Shown here one piece after another: positions 23,696 through 35,600 of a stretch of 64,000 nt of DNA (the stretch's first letter is position 1; every line of letters starts with the position of its first letter). The notes below the pieces were generated by a model, which saw only the letters and a list, made by a program, of their open reading frames with translations, was not told the DNA's origin and made no database searches. The translations under genes were made by a program, and so were the position numbers. Source of the stretch: Neocallimastix sp. 'constans' (lineage: Eukaryota); contig JBODTK010000136.1 in NCBI GenBank assembly GCA_050613775.1, forward strand, positions 124,001-188,000, written 5' to 3'.

Positions 23696-26600
23696 ACGGG
23701 AGAAGGGAAACTCCCAGTAATCAAACCAATGATGAAATAGTAGCTACTGCAGTTAGAAGAAAAGGAAAACAAGTTTTTGAAAAACCATATTCAAGAGATA
23801 AAAGAAAACAAAATGAAAATAAAGTAAATGATAATATTTCTAATTCTAATAATATCATACAAGAAGATAATGAAGATATAGAAATTGAAACCAACGAAAT
23901 AAATACAATATCTAACACTCCTATAAATGAAACCGAAAGACTTGAGGAGATTGATGTGTCAGTTATTGCGCAACCCTCAATCAACAAAGCTAAACGAAAT
24001 TCAAAGAAACAAAAAGAAAAAGAAATATTAGAAAGCACTAAGAATCTCGAGGTTAGTTCTAATAAAGAATCTAGAGTTAAACTTCCAAGTGTAGAATTAG
24101 AAGAGAAGAAAGTTAAAACCAACAATCCCAATAAACAAATAACCATTATGGAAGGTCAATCAAAATATGATATTTGTAAAGACATAAGTACTAGGTTTGC
24201 TAATATTACATTACCTCAATTATTGGATGTTAGTCCTAAACTCCGTGCTGATATTGTAAAGGCCTTAAAATTAAAAACTACAGAAACAATTAAAGAGACT
24301 CCTGAAGAAGTTGTATTATCTGCTATACGTAGGGAAGATGTTGCTACAGTTGAATGTTTAATTAATGGAGTCCAAGGTATTGCATTTTTAGACACAGGCG
24401 CAAGCATTAATATTATTACTAGACAATTTTTAAACAAGTTAGGAGATGTAAAACCAATTGGATTTGTTAAAAATAATATTGTTCAATTATTATCTAAAGA
24501 GAATGTTAATACTGAAATCTACTTGCTAAAAGTTCAACTTGGAGATTTAGCTATTCATGATATATTCCGAGTTATAGATAATCACCAAAACCTATTTGAT
24601 GTTTTAATTAGCTATAAAACACTTAAAGAAAATAATTTATTTATTAATCCTATTAATAATAATTTGTGCATAATGAAAGAAAATAACAAATGGATGTGTG
24701 TCAAAAATCTTTGCAAAGAAGAGAAAGGAAATGTTATTAGTGATGATGAAGATGCTGAATCAATAATTATATATGATAAAACAAATTCTGATATTAATAA
24801 TAATTCCTATCTTTATTGCTTTGTTAATGAAATTGATAATATTAATGATAACTTAACAATAACTCAAAATAAAATAGAAGACTCTAAAACAATAACTAAA
24901 GAAGTAGATATCATTAATGAAAATGGTGTTTTTGAAAAAGATCAACTCCTGCAAAATATACTTAAAGGAATTCCAAAAAAGCTAAGAAATGAAGTAAAAA
25001 AGTTATTTGATGAATATAATACTATTCTTGCCACAAAAATTGATGAGTTAAAACCAACTAAATTGTTACCTCATAGTATTCAACTCGAGCCTAACGCTAA
25101 ACCGATTAAACAGAGATGTTATCGACTTTCTAAAGTTCAAGCATTAGCTCTTAAAAAGGAATTAGAAAAACTTATAAAAAATAAACTAATTGAACCATCA
25201 CACTCCCCTTGGTCTTCTCCCGTTATTTTAGTGCCTAAGAAAAATAAACAGTGGAGAATATGTATAGATTTTCGAAAACTAAACAATCTTACTATTAAAG
25301 ATGCATATTCGTTACCGCTTATAGATGAAATTTTATTTTCTATCGGGAAAAAAGTTAAAGTTTTTACTACGATTGATTTATTTTCGGGATTTCATCAGAT
25401 CCCTATGAACAAAGAAGATATTCCTAAAACTAGCTTTGCTACAATGTATGGTAACTATCAATTCTTAGTTATGCCCTTTGGTTTATGCAATGCCCCAGGT
25501 ACTTTTCAAAGGGAAATGAATAGAATATTCTTTCCTCTTATTGGAGTATGCATGTTTGTTTATATCGATGATCTAGTTATATTTTCACCCTCCTTTGAAC
25601 AACATATTATAGATATTAAGAAAGTGTTTGATATTATCAAAGAAAATGGATTAAAAATTAACTTAGAAAAATGTCATTTTTTTAAAATAAAAGTCGAATT
25701 GTTAGGACATACTTTATCAATTAATGGTATTTCCCCTATTCAAGCTAAAGTTCAAGTCATATTAGAATGGATACCACCAAAAAATGTTACACAATTACAA
25801 TCTTTCCTTGGTGCAGTGGGTTATTACCGTAAATTTATTCTTAACTTCGCTAATATAGCAAAACCATTATTTAAACTTGTTAAAAAAGGTGTAAAGTTTG
25901 TCTGGGGTAAAGAACAAGAAGAAAGCTTTAATGAGTTGAAACTAAAATTAGCATCTGCTCCTATTCTTGTTATGCCTGACTTTGAAAAACAATTTATAAT
26001 CAGAACGGATGCCTCTTTCGATGGTATTGGAGGTGTTTTACTTCAGAAAGATGAGAATGGTATTGAAAAGCCAATTCACTTCGTAAGTCGCTCTTTAAAA
26101 CCGGCGGAAAAGAATTATTCAATAACTGATCTTGAAGGAACTGCCGCGACTTACTGCGTTCAAAAATTTAAATCTTATATTTCTGGAAATAAATATGAAA
26201 CTCTTTTATTCACCGATCATAAACCTTTAGTTGGACTTTTCAAAAATAAAGAAACTAACAATTCTAGACAAACTCGATGGGTATTACTTCTATCAATGCT
26301 AAAAGTTAAAGTCTTATATGAACCTGGAAAGAAAAATGTCATCGCTGATGCACTTTCTAGATTATCAACAAAAGAAAATACAATATTAACAACTGTTACT
26401 GAAGAGATAAATGAAAATAATCCGTATAACTTACTTACAAAATTTAAAGATAAATTTACAATAATTAATAACGAAGAATATTATAAAGACCATGGAAAAC
26501 TTAGAAAAGTTATAAAAAATCAAAACGAAAAAATTGATTTAATACTAAAAGCTCACAAAGTTGGTCACGAAGGAGTATTTAAAACTTACAATAGACTTAA

Positions 26601-27594
26601 ACGTGACTACTATTGGATCAACATGATACTTGACGTTAAATACATTGTCAGAACTTGTGATAGGTGTCAACACTTTAGATCGCAATCTTTTAATAACCAA
26701 ACAGAAGATATTGCTACTCAACCTGGTTTACCATTTACGAAAGTTGGCTTGGATATAGTAGGTCCACTTCCTACTTCAAGAAAAGGAAATAAATATATAA
26801 TAGTTTTAGTAGATTACTTAACAAAGTGGGTTGAAGCAGAACCAACCCAAAATATTGATTCAGATGATGTAATAGAATTTTTATCCAAGATTTTTGCTCG
26901 ATTCGGAATACCAGAAATATTAGTAACTGATAACGGTCCACAGTTCTGTTCTGATAAAACAAAAGCATTCTTAGACTTATATGGTGTTTATGTTAACTTC
27001 GTTGTTACTTATCATCCAGAATCTAATGGTCAAGTAGAAAATCGAAACAAAGAGATAGGCAAATACCTTAGATTACTTTGTAATAAAAATACATCAATAT
27101 GGGATGAAATGCTACCTAGTGCTTTATGGGCCTTGCGTACTTGTAAAAATGAAACAACTAAATTTTCAAGTTTTGAATTGTTATATGGCCGACGTGACCT
27201 TCAGCCGTTTGAATTACAATTAAACTTAGATAAAAAGGAAAATTATGAAAGTGATGATGAATTTTTAATTAGAAGATTTACAAAACATTATAAATGGATC
27301 AAGGAAGCCATAAATAATATTCAAACAGCAAACAAAATCTGGGAAGATAGAAGAAAACAAGTAAAAAGACTTAAAGCTAATTATAAACCAGGAGATCTAG
27401 TATTAATTAAATATATTAATAGAAGAAAACTTGATCCATACTTCTTAGGTCCTATGAAAATTGTTAAAAAACAATTCAATACTGTAACGTTATGTGATCC
27501 ATTAACAAACGAAATTGCTGAAAGAAATGTCCACTTAAAGAATATTATACCTTATAGACTATGCGAAATTGAGACTTCAAGGGACGAAGTCTGA
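23683..27594 (+). CDS. pol: Element D Pol (PR-RT-RH-IN), -1 frame
   Basis: FLDTGA, YIDD, RTDAS, HHCC, DDE; frame open from the slippery site. Confidence 0.95.
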   Translation, partial: FKLLNGRRETPSNQTNDEIVATAVRRKGKQVFEKPYSRDKRKQNENKVNDNISNSNNIIQEDNEDIEIETNEINTISNTPINETERLEEIDVSVIAQPSINKAKRNSKKQKEKEILESTKNLEVSSNKESRVKLPSVELEEKKVKTNNPNKQITIMEGQSKYDICKDISTRFANITLPQLLDVSPKLRADIVKALKLKTTETIKETPEEVVLSAIRREDVATVECLINGVQGIAFLDTGASINIITRQFLNKLGDVKPIGFVKNNIVQLLSKENVNTEIYLLKVQLGDLAIHDIFRVIDNHQNLFDVLISYKTLKENNLFINPINNNLCIMKENNKWMCVKNLCKEEKGNVISDDEDAESIIIYDKTNSDINNNSYLYCFVNEIDNINDNLTITQNKIEDSKTITKEVDIINENGVFEKDQLLQNILKGIPKKLRNEVKKLFDEYNTILATKIDELKPTKLLPHSIQLEPNAKPIKQRCYRLSKVQALALKKELEKLIKNKLIEPSHSPWSSPVILVPKKNKQWRICIDFRKLNNLTIKDAYSLPLIDEILFSIGKKVKVFTTIDLFSGFHQIPMNKEDIPKTSFATMYGNYQFLVMPFGLCNAPGTFQREMNRIFFPLIGVCMFVYIDDLVIFSPSFEQHIIDIKKVFDIIKENGLKINLEKCHFFKIKVELLGHTLSINGISPIQAKVQVILEWIPPKNVTQLQSFLGAVGYYRKFILNFANIAKPLFKLVKKGVKFVWGKEQEESFNELKLKLASAPILVMPDFEKQFIIRTDASFDGIGGVLLQKDENGIEKPIHFVSRSLKPAEKNYSITDLEGTAATYCVQKFKSYISGNKYETLLFTDHKPLVGLFKNKETNNSRQTRWVLLLSMLKVKVLYEPGKKNVIADALSRLSTKENTILTTVTEEINENNPYNLLTKFKDKFTIINNEEYYKDHGKLRKVIKNQNEKIDLILKAHKVGHEGVFKTYNRLKRDYYWINMILDVKYIVRTCDRCQHFRSQSFNNQTEDIATQPGLPFTKVGLDIVGPLPTSRKGNKYIIVLVDYLTKWVEAEPTQNIDSDDVIEFLSKIFARFGIPEILVTDNGPQFCSDKTKAFLDLYGVYVNFVVTYHPESNGQVENRNKEIGKYLRLLCNKNTSIWDEMLPSALWALRTCKNETTKFSSFELLYGRRDLQPFELQLNLDKKENYESDDEFLIRRFTKHYKWIKEAINNIQTANKIWEDRRKQVKRLKANYKPGDLVLIKYINRRKLDPYFLGPMKIVKKQFNTVTLCDPLTNEIAERNVHLKNIIPYRLCEIETSRDEV

Positions 27595-27611
27595 ACTTAG
27601 GGGTGGCATCA

Positions 27612-28457
27612 TGTTACGGTACAATTAAATAAAGAAAAATTAAACTATTTAAAGAAAATATTAAAGTAAAAAATATCATTAACAATTATAAATAAATAAT
27701 AAAAAATTGAATATTAAAATATTAGTTATAGAATATTATAAAGTTAAATAAAAATAATTAGATGTATTAAAAAATCATGTATTAATTATATTATTTAATA
27801 TTGTAAAATTTTTATATTATATTTTAATAATTTAGAAAATTTAAGCTTATTATATTTTTATTACTATATTTTTATTATTAAATTTTTATTATTAAATTTT
27901 TATTATTAATTTTTTTATTTTTATTTTTAATCCAATCAAATAAATATTTTATTAGTATAAAAAAGAACAAAGTAACACAATACTTTTGTTCTCTCCCTTT
28001 TTTTCTTACGACTTTATTATTATATTATTTTTTTAATATTTTCTAAAAGTTAAATAATAAATTAAATAGTTTAAAATAAATTAAAATTTATTAAATAGTT
28101 TTTTCTAAATTTAATGTTTTAAAAGTGTTTAATTAATAGTTTTTTGTGTTTAGTGTATAATATTAAGATAAGTATAGTATAAAATTAGTTTAGTAATAGA
28201 TTAGTTGTATTAAACATTTTATAGAAATAGTAATAGATTTAGAGAAATTGTTTAGTTTAGATTAGAATAGTTTAGATTAAGATATTAGTTTAAGTTATTT
28301 TAACTTAGTTTAGATTCTTTTAGATTAGGATAGTTTAGACTAAAATTAGAGTAGTTTATTAATTAATTTAGGTTTAGAATTAGAGAATAATATTTTAAAT
28401 TTTTCCTTATTATTAGAATATATTATTTTATTAATAAAATCTTCAGATCTTGTACCA
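27612..28457 (+). repeat. 3' LTR of element D
   Basis: TGTTAC...GTACCA; uninterrupted copy with a single ATATT at the E target site. Confidence 0.95.
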
Positions 28458-28461
28458 ACTG

Positions 28462-28946
28462 TGATAAGAATGTACTAAATAATGCATTCTTAATTAAATC
28501 TACGATTTATTTCTAATACATTATGTGTACATTATTATTTTTGTACTTTAATAAATTTTTAAATCCAAAGATCAAAAATTAAATCAAAAATTATATTAAA
28601 CTTTATATTTTTATATTAAATCTTATATTAATAGTAATATTTTTATATATTTAAAACTTATATTAGCAATATTAATAATAAATCTTATTTTTTTATTTTT
28701 ATATTAATAATGAAAATTTGTATTAATAATATTTTTATATATTGATGATTAAAAATTTATATATTATATTTTAACTTTTATTATAAAATTTTATATCGAA
28801 ATGTTTTATTTTATATTGAAAAATATTTTATTTTATTAAAAACCTTTATATTAGAATAGTATTTTTATTTTTATTTGAATATTTTAACAGATTGTAATAA
28901 AATTTATAGCCAATTAAATAAATTCTTATTAGTAATATTTTAGATA

Positions 28947-29003
<57 letters not shown>

Positions 29004-29317
29004 TTTTATTAATATTATAAATGTATTTTATTTATATTGTTATAATTAAATTTTATATAATTGATTATAAAATTCAATTTAAATTTAATAGTTTTTATAA
29101 AAAAAAAAAAAAATAAATAAAATGTAATTTAGTGGCAAGAACAACTTTTATGCCTTGAAAAAAAGTATAAATAGTTGTAAATTTTGTTACCAATTTTTAA
29201 AAAATCATCAAATAAAATCAAATAAATTTAATAAAATAAATAAATAAAATAAATAAATAAATAAATAAAATTTGTGTTTCTTACTTTATTTTTATTTAAT
29301 TCTCTAAAACCTTAACA
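28462..29317 (+). mobile_element. Solo LTR of the A/B family
   Basis: Homologous to 1102-1952; flanked by ACTG (28458-28461, 29318-29321); no PBS follows. Confidence 0.9.
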
Positions 29318-29340
29318 ACTGAAGATTTCGTTACATTAAC

Positions 29341-29497
29341 AATAATTTTATTTATTCGTCAAACAGAGTGTTTGGAATAAAAGATTCATTAATATTACAA
29401 AAATTTTTATTTATTCGTCAAACAGAGTGTTTGGAATAAAGGATTAATTAATATTATAACAATATTATTTTTTTTTTTTTGTTAAACAGAGTGTTTG
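29341..29497 (+). repeat. Three ~59 bp tandem hairpin repeats in the G leader
   Basis: Core TTTATTCGTCAAACAGAGTGTTTGGAATAAA twice plus one degenerate copy. Confidence 0.85.
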
Positions 29498-29674
29498 AAA
29501 AAAAAAAAAATAAATTATACTATTTACAATTAATATATTTAATATATATATATAAATTTTTTTTTTACGAATACTTGGTAGTTTTGTTACTTTTCTTTAA
29601 TCAAACTACTTAAAATAAAATATTAATAAATAAATTAAATTCAAATTAGTTAAATACTAAAAATTCTGGTAAAA

Positions 29675-30592
29675 ATGAGTAACATTCATTTCAGAGAACT
29701 AAAGAAAAAATTAAAGGATATCGAAAAATTGTCTAAGGACAATTTAGATATCAAGACCTGGTGTTCTGATCTTGAACTTTGGGTAGAACTTGGTGAAGTG
29801 ACAGATGAAAGAAAAATTTTCTTGGCTTGCGTTTTAACTTCAACAGGAGAACCGAGACAAATTATTCAAGAACTCGGAAATCAAATTAATACCAATGATA
29901 GTTCAATTGACAATGATGAAGAAGATAGCTCTTCAGGCTCGGAATCTTCATCTGAAAAGTATTATCCTTCCTTACAAGAGATAACTAATGCATTAGAAGA
30001 ATTTTATGGCACTAAAGAAGACCAAAATAATTTATTAAGGGAATTACGGTCTTTAAAAATAAAAAGAAATGAAAGGGTAAAGGATTTTAATGTCAAATTT
30101 AAAACCTTATACTTAAAACTAGATAAAAAGAGAAAAAGACATGTCAGTGTATTAGATTATGTTGATGCTTTAGAAAACAACCAAGAAGCTTGGAAACGAG
30201 TAGCATTGGAAGATGATTTAACTCTCTCAAAAGCTTATCAAATCGCTGAAAAGGTAGATCGTTTGCAAAATAGGTCAACTCAAGGAAGTACCCAACCAAG
30301 GCAAAATTTTACAACTAATAATTCTTTTTCTAATAACTATTCTCGTTCTAATCTTAGAAGTAGTAATACTAACAATTATAATAACCAAAAAAGTTTTGAT
30401 AAATTAAGAATTGAAAGGTCTAAAGAAGGAAAAGAAATGGAGGATTTAACAAGAAAAATGAAAAATCTAACTATCAAAGCATGTTATTTCTGTAAAGAAC
30501 AAGGCCATTTTCAGAGTAACTGTCCCAAACTTCGTAAAATTATACAGAAAAACCGGGAAGAATTAATTCAAGATGATCATTTAAATCAGTAA
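29675..30592 (+). CDS. gag: Element G Gag with CCHC knuckle
   Basis: CYFCKEQGHFQSNC; clear homology to B gag. Confidence 0.93.
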   Translation: MSNIHFRELKKKLKDIEKLSKDNLDIKTWCSDLELWVELGEVTDERKIFLACVLTSTGEPRQIIQELGNQINTNDSSIDNDEEDSSSGSESSSEKYYPSLQEITNALEEFYGTKEDQNNLLRELRSLKIKRNERVKDFNVKFKTLYLKLDKKRKRHVSVLDYVDALENNQEAWKRVALEDDLTLSKAYQIAEKVDRLQNRSTQGSTQPRQNFTTNNSFSNNYSRSNLRSSNTNNYNNQKSFDKLRIERSKEGKEMEDLTRKMKNLTIKACYFCKEQGHFQSNCPKLRKIIQKNREELIQDDHLNQ

Positions 30593-33500
30593 GAGGGAGT
30601 AGAAGCTCTCCCATTGTCAATAAAACAGCTTCATTAAAATACCATCAAGAATCAATTGATAAAGAGTTTAGTAATATTAAAGAAATATTAGATTCAGAAA
30701 ATTTTAAAAATTCCAACCATTTAATAGCGGCTATGACTAGGAATTCAAAGAGAAAAAGTGACCAAGTGGATAGCATTACACATGAAAGTGGAAGGAAGAG
30801 AAGTCATAGAAGCTTAAAGGACAATCCTATTACTATTTTAACTCCTACCTTAAGGAAGAAACAAGAAGAAGAAATGACTAGTAAAACTCCACAAGAAAAG
30901 TATAAAAATCAAGTCAGCCCTTCTATACTTACTGAGCCTAGGATTGAAAAAGAAAAGATGAAAGAAAAAGCAATTCGTGATAAAGAACGAGCAGAGACAA
31001 ATCAAATCTTAGATTCCGATTTCACTAAAGAAAATGTTACTGAAGGAAATAAGAGTGACCAAAATCTTGGAAACCATATCTCCTTGACAAGACTTATTAA
31101 TGATCAACTTCCTAAAGACAACATTCCGGAAAACAAAAATATAAGAATATCCAGAAAAATACAAATGCAAATAAATAAAGAACCTTATGATGTAATTGAA
31201 GATTTAAATAAGACTCAATGTAATATTACGTTTGGACAACTTCTGGATGTATCACCTAAAATACGTACGCAAGTGTCTCATGGTCTTAGATTAGAAAGGA
31301 ATCAAACTAAGGTTACTGGTGTAGTGGATAACTTATCTGCAACCACTGTTATGGTAAATAACATAGAACATACTTATAAAAGTCGAAGTCGTGAAGCACA
31401 AGAAGATGATGTGGCTATGGTAGATATTACGGTAGATGGTGTTAAAGGAAAAGCATTAGTTGATTCTTGTAGTAATTTAAGCATAATTACTAAACAGTTT
31501 CTAGATAAACTTCCTAATAAATATGAACCTATTGGAATTAGTTGTGGTAGGATTCGACTAGCTACCAGGAATGATGATTATTCTGAAAGCTATATTCTAA
31601 AAATTCCTATACAAATTAATAAATTCAAAATGATTGTTGACTGTAGATTAGTTGAAAAAGAAGATCCATTTTATGATGTTCTTATTAATCTGAAAACTCA
31701 AATTGATCACCAATTATTTATTCATCCTATACTATATAGCCTATGCCAGTTTACTCCTACTGGGTTGATTAATGTTATCACACCCATTAATAATGATATA
31801 GAAGAAGAAGAAAAATTGGTATGTGTAGTAAGAGCTATTAATTCTAATAGTGAACTAGAAAAGAAGAACTTAGAAAAGTTAGAAGGTTTACCTCCTATAG
31901 AATACATTCATCACGAAAAGTTTAAAAATACTCTTAATAAAAATTATGTTGATGAAATTATTCTTCTACTTGAAGATAATATTGAAATAATTGCTACATC
32001 TACTGAAGAACTTACTCCTTCTAAATTATCTCCGCACAAAATTATATTAAAAGCCGGAGTAAGACCTATTAAACAAAGATTCTACCGTTTAACCAAATTA
32101 AAATCTGACATTTTAAAAGAAGAACTAACCAAATTGATTGAAAAGAAACTTATTGAACCTTCGTACTCTGAATGGTCTTCACCAGTAGTCCTTGTACCGA
32201 AGCCTAACGGTAAATGGAGATTGTGTATAGACTATCGCAAGGTTAATGATGTCACTGAAAAAGACTCCTATACCTTACCAAATATAGATGAAATTTTTGA
32301 TAGCCTCGATGGTGCTAAAATATTTACTACACTTGACCTTTATTCTGGCTATCACCAAATCTTAATGGACGAAGAAAGCGTTGAGATAACTAGCTTTACA
32401 ACCAAGTTTGGAAACTATCAGTTCAAAGTTATGCCTTTTGGATTAACTGGAGCACCTGCTACATTCCAAAGGGAAATGAACAAGATCCTATTTCCACTTA
32501 TCGGAAAGTGTGTGTATAACTTTATTGATGATATTTTAATTTATTCTGGTACCATCGAAGAACATCTAGAGCATATTAAAGAAGTTCTTAAGATTTTTAA
32601 AAAGTATCATTTAAAAATTAATATTGAAAAATGTAAATTTATGCAAACTGAAGTAGAAGTACTTGGCCATAAATTAACTACAGAGGGTTTAAGTCCCATG
32701 GATAGTAAAGTTGAAGCTATTAGAAACTGGAAATCTCCTACTAATGTTCATGAGCTCAGATCTTTTCTGGGAGCAGTTGGTTACTATCGTAATTTTGTTA
32801 ATAAATATTCACAAATTTCAGCACCTTTATGCAAACTTTTAAAGAAAGGGGAAAAATATATTTGGAATAAAGAACAAGAAGAAAGCTTTAAATCACTTAA
32901 AGAGGGTTTAATTAATGCACCTATATTAAAGTTTCCGCAATTTGACAAAGAATTTATAATAAGAACTGATGCCTCTTACGATGGAATAGGCGGAGTACTC
33001 CTGCAAAAAGATGAAGAAACAAAGATTGAGCATCCGGTTCACTATATTAGTAGAACCTTAACTAAATCGGAGAAGAATTATGGAATTACTGATTTAGAAG
33101 GTGCTACACTATATTATCGTTTAACTAAATTGAAACCTTACATTATAGGTAATCCCATTAAAACCATCATATATACGGACCATAAACCATTAATAGGTTT
33201 ATTTAAAAATAAAGAACCACATAATGCAAGACAAACTCGTTGGTGTCTAACTGCAAGTATGCTAGGAGTTGAGATAAGGTATGAAAGTGGCAAGAAAAAT
33301 GTCGTTGCTGATGCTCTCTCCAGAATGAAAAATGAAAGTAATAAAGTTGTTTTAGCTACCAATATTAATTCTGAAATTGATGAAACCCTGTTATCTAAAG
33401 TAATCAAGGAATTTCTTGAAGAAAAATTTACTGTTATTGATGGAGTTGAATATTTTATCGATGGAAATAATTATCGTAAATTAATAACCAATACTGAAGA

Positions 33501-34545
33501 AAAATTAAAACTTATTTTTGCAGCACATAACGTAGGTCATGAAGGATACTACAAGACATATCAAAGGTTAAAAAGATGTTATTATTGGAATAATATGATC
33601 AGCGATGTCAAGAGGGTAGTTAGTAAATGTGAGAAATGTCAACTGAACCGCCCTCAACCATATCCTAATCCAACTGAAGGAATTCCAACCCAAGTTGAAG
33701 GACCATTTGTACATATGGGTCTGGATATCATAGGTCCGTTGGTTCAAACGAGAAATAAAAATCAATATTTAATAGTAATGGTAGACTATTTCACTAAGTG
33801 GGTGGAAGCCGAACCTACAGAAACTATCACTGCAATGGATGTAATAAAATTTCTTATTAATGTATTTTCGAGGCATGGGATTCCACAGGTGATTACTACT
33901 GATAATGGAGTACAATTTACTGCGGACATGACTAAAATATTTCTTGATCTTTATGATGTCTATGTTAAGTTTACCTCAACCTATCATCCTGAGAGCAATG
34001 GCTTAGTAGAAAACAGAAATAAGGAGATAGGCAAATTATTGAGATTGCTAGGAACTAAATATAAGGATTGGGATGAAATCCTCCCTTCCGCTTTATGGGC
34101 TTTACGTACTACTAAAAACAATGTAACAAAATATTCTAGCTTTGAACTTGTGTATGGTCGTGAAGATCAGCAACCCTTTGATATTGCAGCTCGTCCAACG
34201 AAAGATACCAAAGGAAAAACATCAGATGAAATAATACTTGAAAAATTTATTAATCATTATAGATGGACATTAGAAGCTGCCGAAAATGTCAAAAATGCCA
34301 ACAAATATTGGGCAATTCGTAGACAAGAGAAAAATAGTATGAACAAAGGAAAAAGCATTAATCCTGGAGATTTGGTTCTGGTAAGAAATCTATCTAGAAC
34401 TAAGTTGGAGCCTTACTTTGTAGGTCCCTTGAAGGTTATAAAGAAACAATTTAATACAGTTACTTTAGCAGATCCTAATTCAGGCGTACAATTGAACAGA
34501 AATGTTCATTTAAAGAATATAGTAAAGTATAACTCAGCTTCATGA
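30580..34545 (+). CDS. pol: Element G Pol (PR-RT-RH-IN), -1 frame
   Basis: LVDSCS, FIDD, RTDAS, HHCC, DDE; open from T TTA AAT at 30580. Confidence 0.95.
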   Translation, partial: FKSVRGSRSSPIVNKTASLKYHQESIDKEFSNIKEILDSENFKNSNHLIAAMTRNSKRKSDQVDSITHESGRKRSHRSLKDNPITILTPTLRKKQEEEMTSKTPQEKYKNQVSPSILTEPRIEKEKMKEKAIRDKERAETNQILDSDFTKENVTEGNKSDQNLGNHISLTRLINDQLPKDNIPENKNIRISRKIQMQINKEPYDVIEDLNKTQCNITFGQLLDVSPKIRTQVSHGLRLERNQTKVTGVVDNLSATTVMVNNIEHTYKSRSREAQEDDVAMVDITVDGVKGKALVDSCSNLSIITKQFLDKLPNKYEPIGISCGRIRLATRNDDYSESYILKIPIQINKFKMIVDCRLVEKEDPFYDVLINLKTQIDHQLFIHPILYSLCQFTPTGLINVITPINNDIEEEEKLVCVVRAINSNSELEKKNLEKLEGLPPIEYIHHEKFKNTLNKNYVDEIILLLEDNIEIIATSTEELTPSKLSPHKIILKAGVRPIKQRFYRLTKLKSDILKEELTKLIEKKLIEPSYSEWSSPVVLVPKPNGKWRLCIDYRKVNDVTEKDSYTLPNIDEIFDSLDGAKIFTTLDLYSGYHQILMDEESVEITSFTTKFGNYQFKVMPFGLTGAPATFQREMNKILFPLIGKCVYNFIDDILIYSGTIEEHLEHIKEVLKIFKKYHLKINIEKCKFMQTEVEVLGHKLTTEGLSPMDSKVEAIRNWKSPTNVHELRSFLGAVGYYRNFVNKYSQISAPLCKLLKKGEKYIWNKEQEESFKSLKEGLINAPILKFPQFDKEFIIRTDASYDGIGGVLLQKDEETKIEHPVHYISRTLTKSEKNYGITDLEGATLYYRLTKLKPYIIGNPIKTIIYTDHKPLIGLFKNKEPHNARQTRWCLTASMLGVEIRYESGKKNVVADALSRMKNESNKVVLATNINSEIDETLLSKVIKEFLEEKFTVIDGVEYFIDGNNYRKLITNTEEKLKLIFAAHNVGHEGYYKTYQRLKRCYYWNNMISDVKRVVSKCEKCQLNRPQPYPNPTEGIPTQVEGPFVHMGLDIIGPLVQTRNKNQYLIVMVDYFTKWVEAEPTETITAMDVIKFLINVFSRHGIPQVITTDNGVQFTADMTKIFLDLYDVYVKFTSTYHPESNGLVENRNKEIGKLLRLLGTKYKDWDEILPSALWALRTTKNNVTKYSSFELVYGREDQQPFDIAARPTKDTKGKTSDEIILEKFINHYRWTLEAAENVKNANKYWAIRRQEKNSMNKGKSINPGDLVLVRNLSRTKLEPYFVGPLKVIKKQFNTVTLADPNSGVQLNRNVHLKNIVKYNSAS

Positions 34546-34571
34546 TAGCTTGAGTCTTCGTCGGGGCATCT

Positions 34572-35315
34572 TGGTAAAGAATGATTATAAATTACTTATT
34601 TTGTTATGTTTAGACATAACTTAACCATAATTAAGTTTATATTCTTTACTAATGGAACTTTCTTATATTCTTCCCTGAATTAAATTAAAAATTTTATTAT
34701 ATAGTATTATAAATTAATTAAAATTATTATAATATTAATTAAAATTTTTATAAAAATATTTTTTATAAAATCATTACTGAATCTTAATTAAATTAATATT
34801 AAAATACATATAAACTCTTCAAAAATTTATATTAACAAATTCTTTATTGAATCTATATTAAAATTATTTTATATTTTTATTATATTTTTATCAAATTAAT
34901 TATTATTAACTTTCAATAACATTATATATTAATATTAATTTTTATTAAACTTAAAATAAATTATCATTAAATAATTTATTATCTTTTACCAAATTCAATT
35001 AATATTTTTGTAAACTTTTAATTAAAAATTTTATTAAAAACTTTTTAATTATTTACTCCAGATATTATTTAATTAAAATCTTTATAATATCTTTTTAAAT
35101 AATAATTTTTTTTATTCCTTTATGGAATTTATATTAAACATATTATTAATAATTTTATTTAACATTTAATTAAGAATGAATTAATAATTCTTTTAATTAA
35201 ATACTTAAATTCTTTTTCATTTCCAAGATATTAAACTTTAAAAATGAAATCGAATATAAATATCTGAAGAAAATAACTTCTTCTAAAAAAAAAAAAAAAT
35301 AAAATAACACAAAAC

Positions 35316-35359
<44 letters not shown>

Positions 35360-35600
35360 TAATAATAATAATAAAATAAAAATAGTAATAATATTAGTAA
35401 TAATATAAGTAATAGTATTAATATTAATATTAGGAATAGTAATAATTTAGCTAATAAAATTTAATTAGTTTAATAAATAATGTAATTACTTTAAAAATTA
35501 AATAAATAAATAAATTATAAAATTGTTATTGTGTAAATAAATATTTTAAATCTTTATCTTTTGTGTGTAAAAATTTTGTTTTTCCCAATGAACCATAACA
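34572..35600 (+). repeat. 3' LTR of element G (right boundary 35600 or 35616)
   Basis: Left boundary by analogy with the A/B PPT; ...CATAACA fits the clade TA-N-CA terminus. Confidence 0.65.

Larger units (their letters stand above)
13907..28457 (+). mobile_element. Full-length Gypsy element D with 5' LTR split by element E
   Basis: 5' LTR 13907-13957 plus 20882-21676 (846 bp) equals 3' LTR 27612-28457 (846 bp); PBS, gag, pol present. Confidence 0.96.
29336..35600 (+). mobile_element. Gypsy element G (relative of A/B): distal leader, gag, pol, 3' LTR; no full 5' LTR or PBS in the window
   Basis: Same GAGTCTTCGTCGGGGCATCT pre-LTR tract as A/B; LTR starts TGGTAAAG at 34572 and ends at 35600 or 35616. 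Confidence 0.88.

Noticed and set aside
28462..29317. 5' LTR of element G
   Set aside because: It matches A/B LTRs rather than 34572-35600 and has its own ACTG duplication
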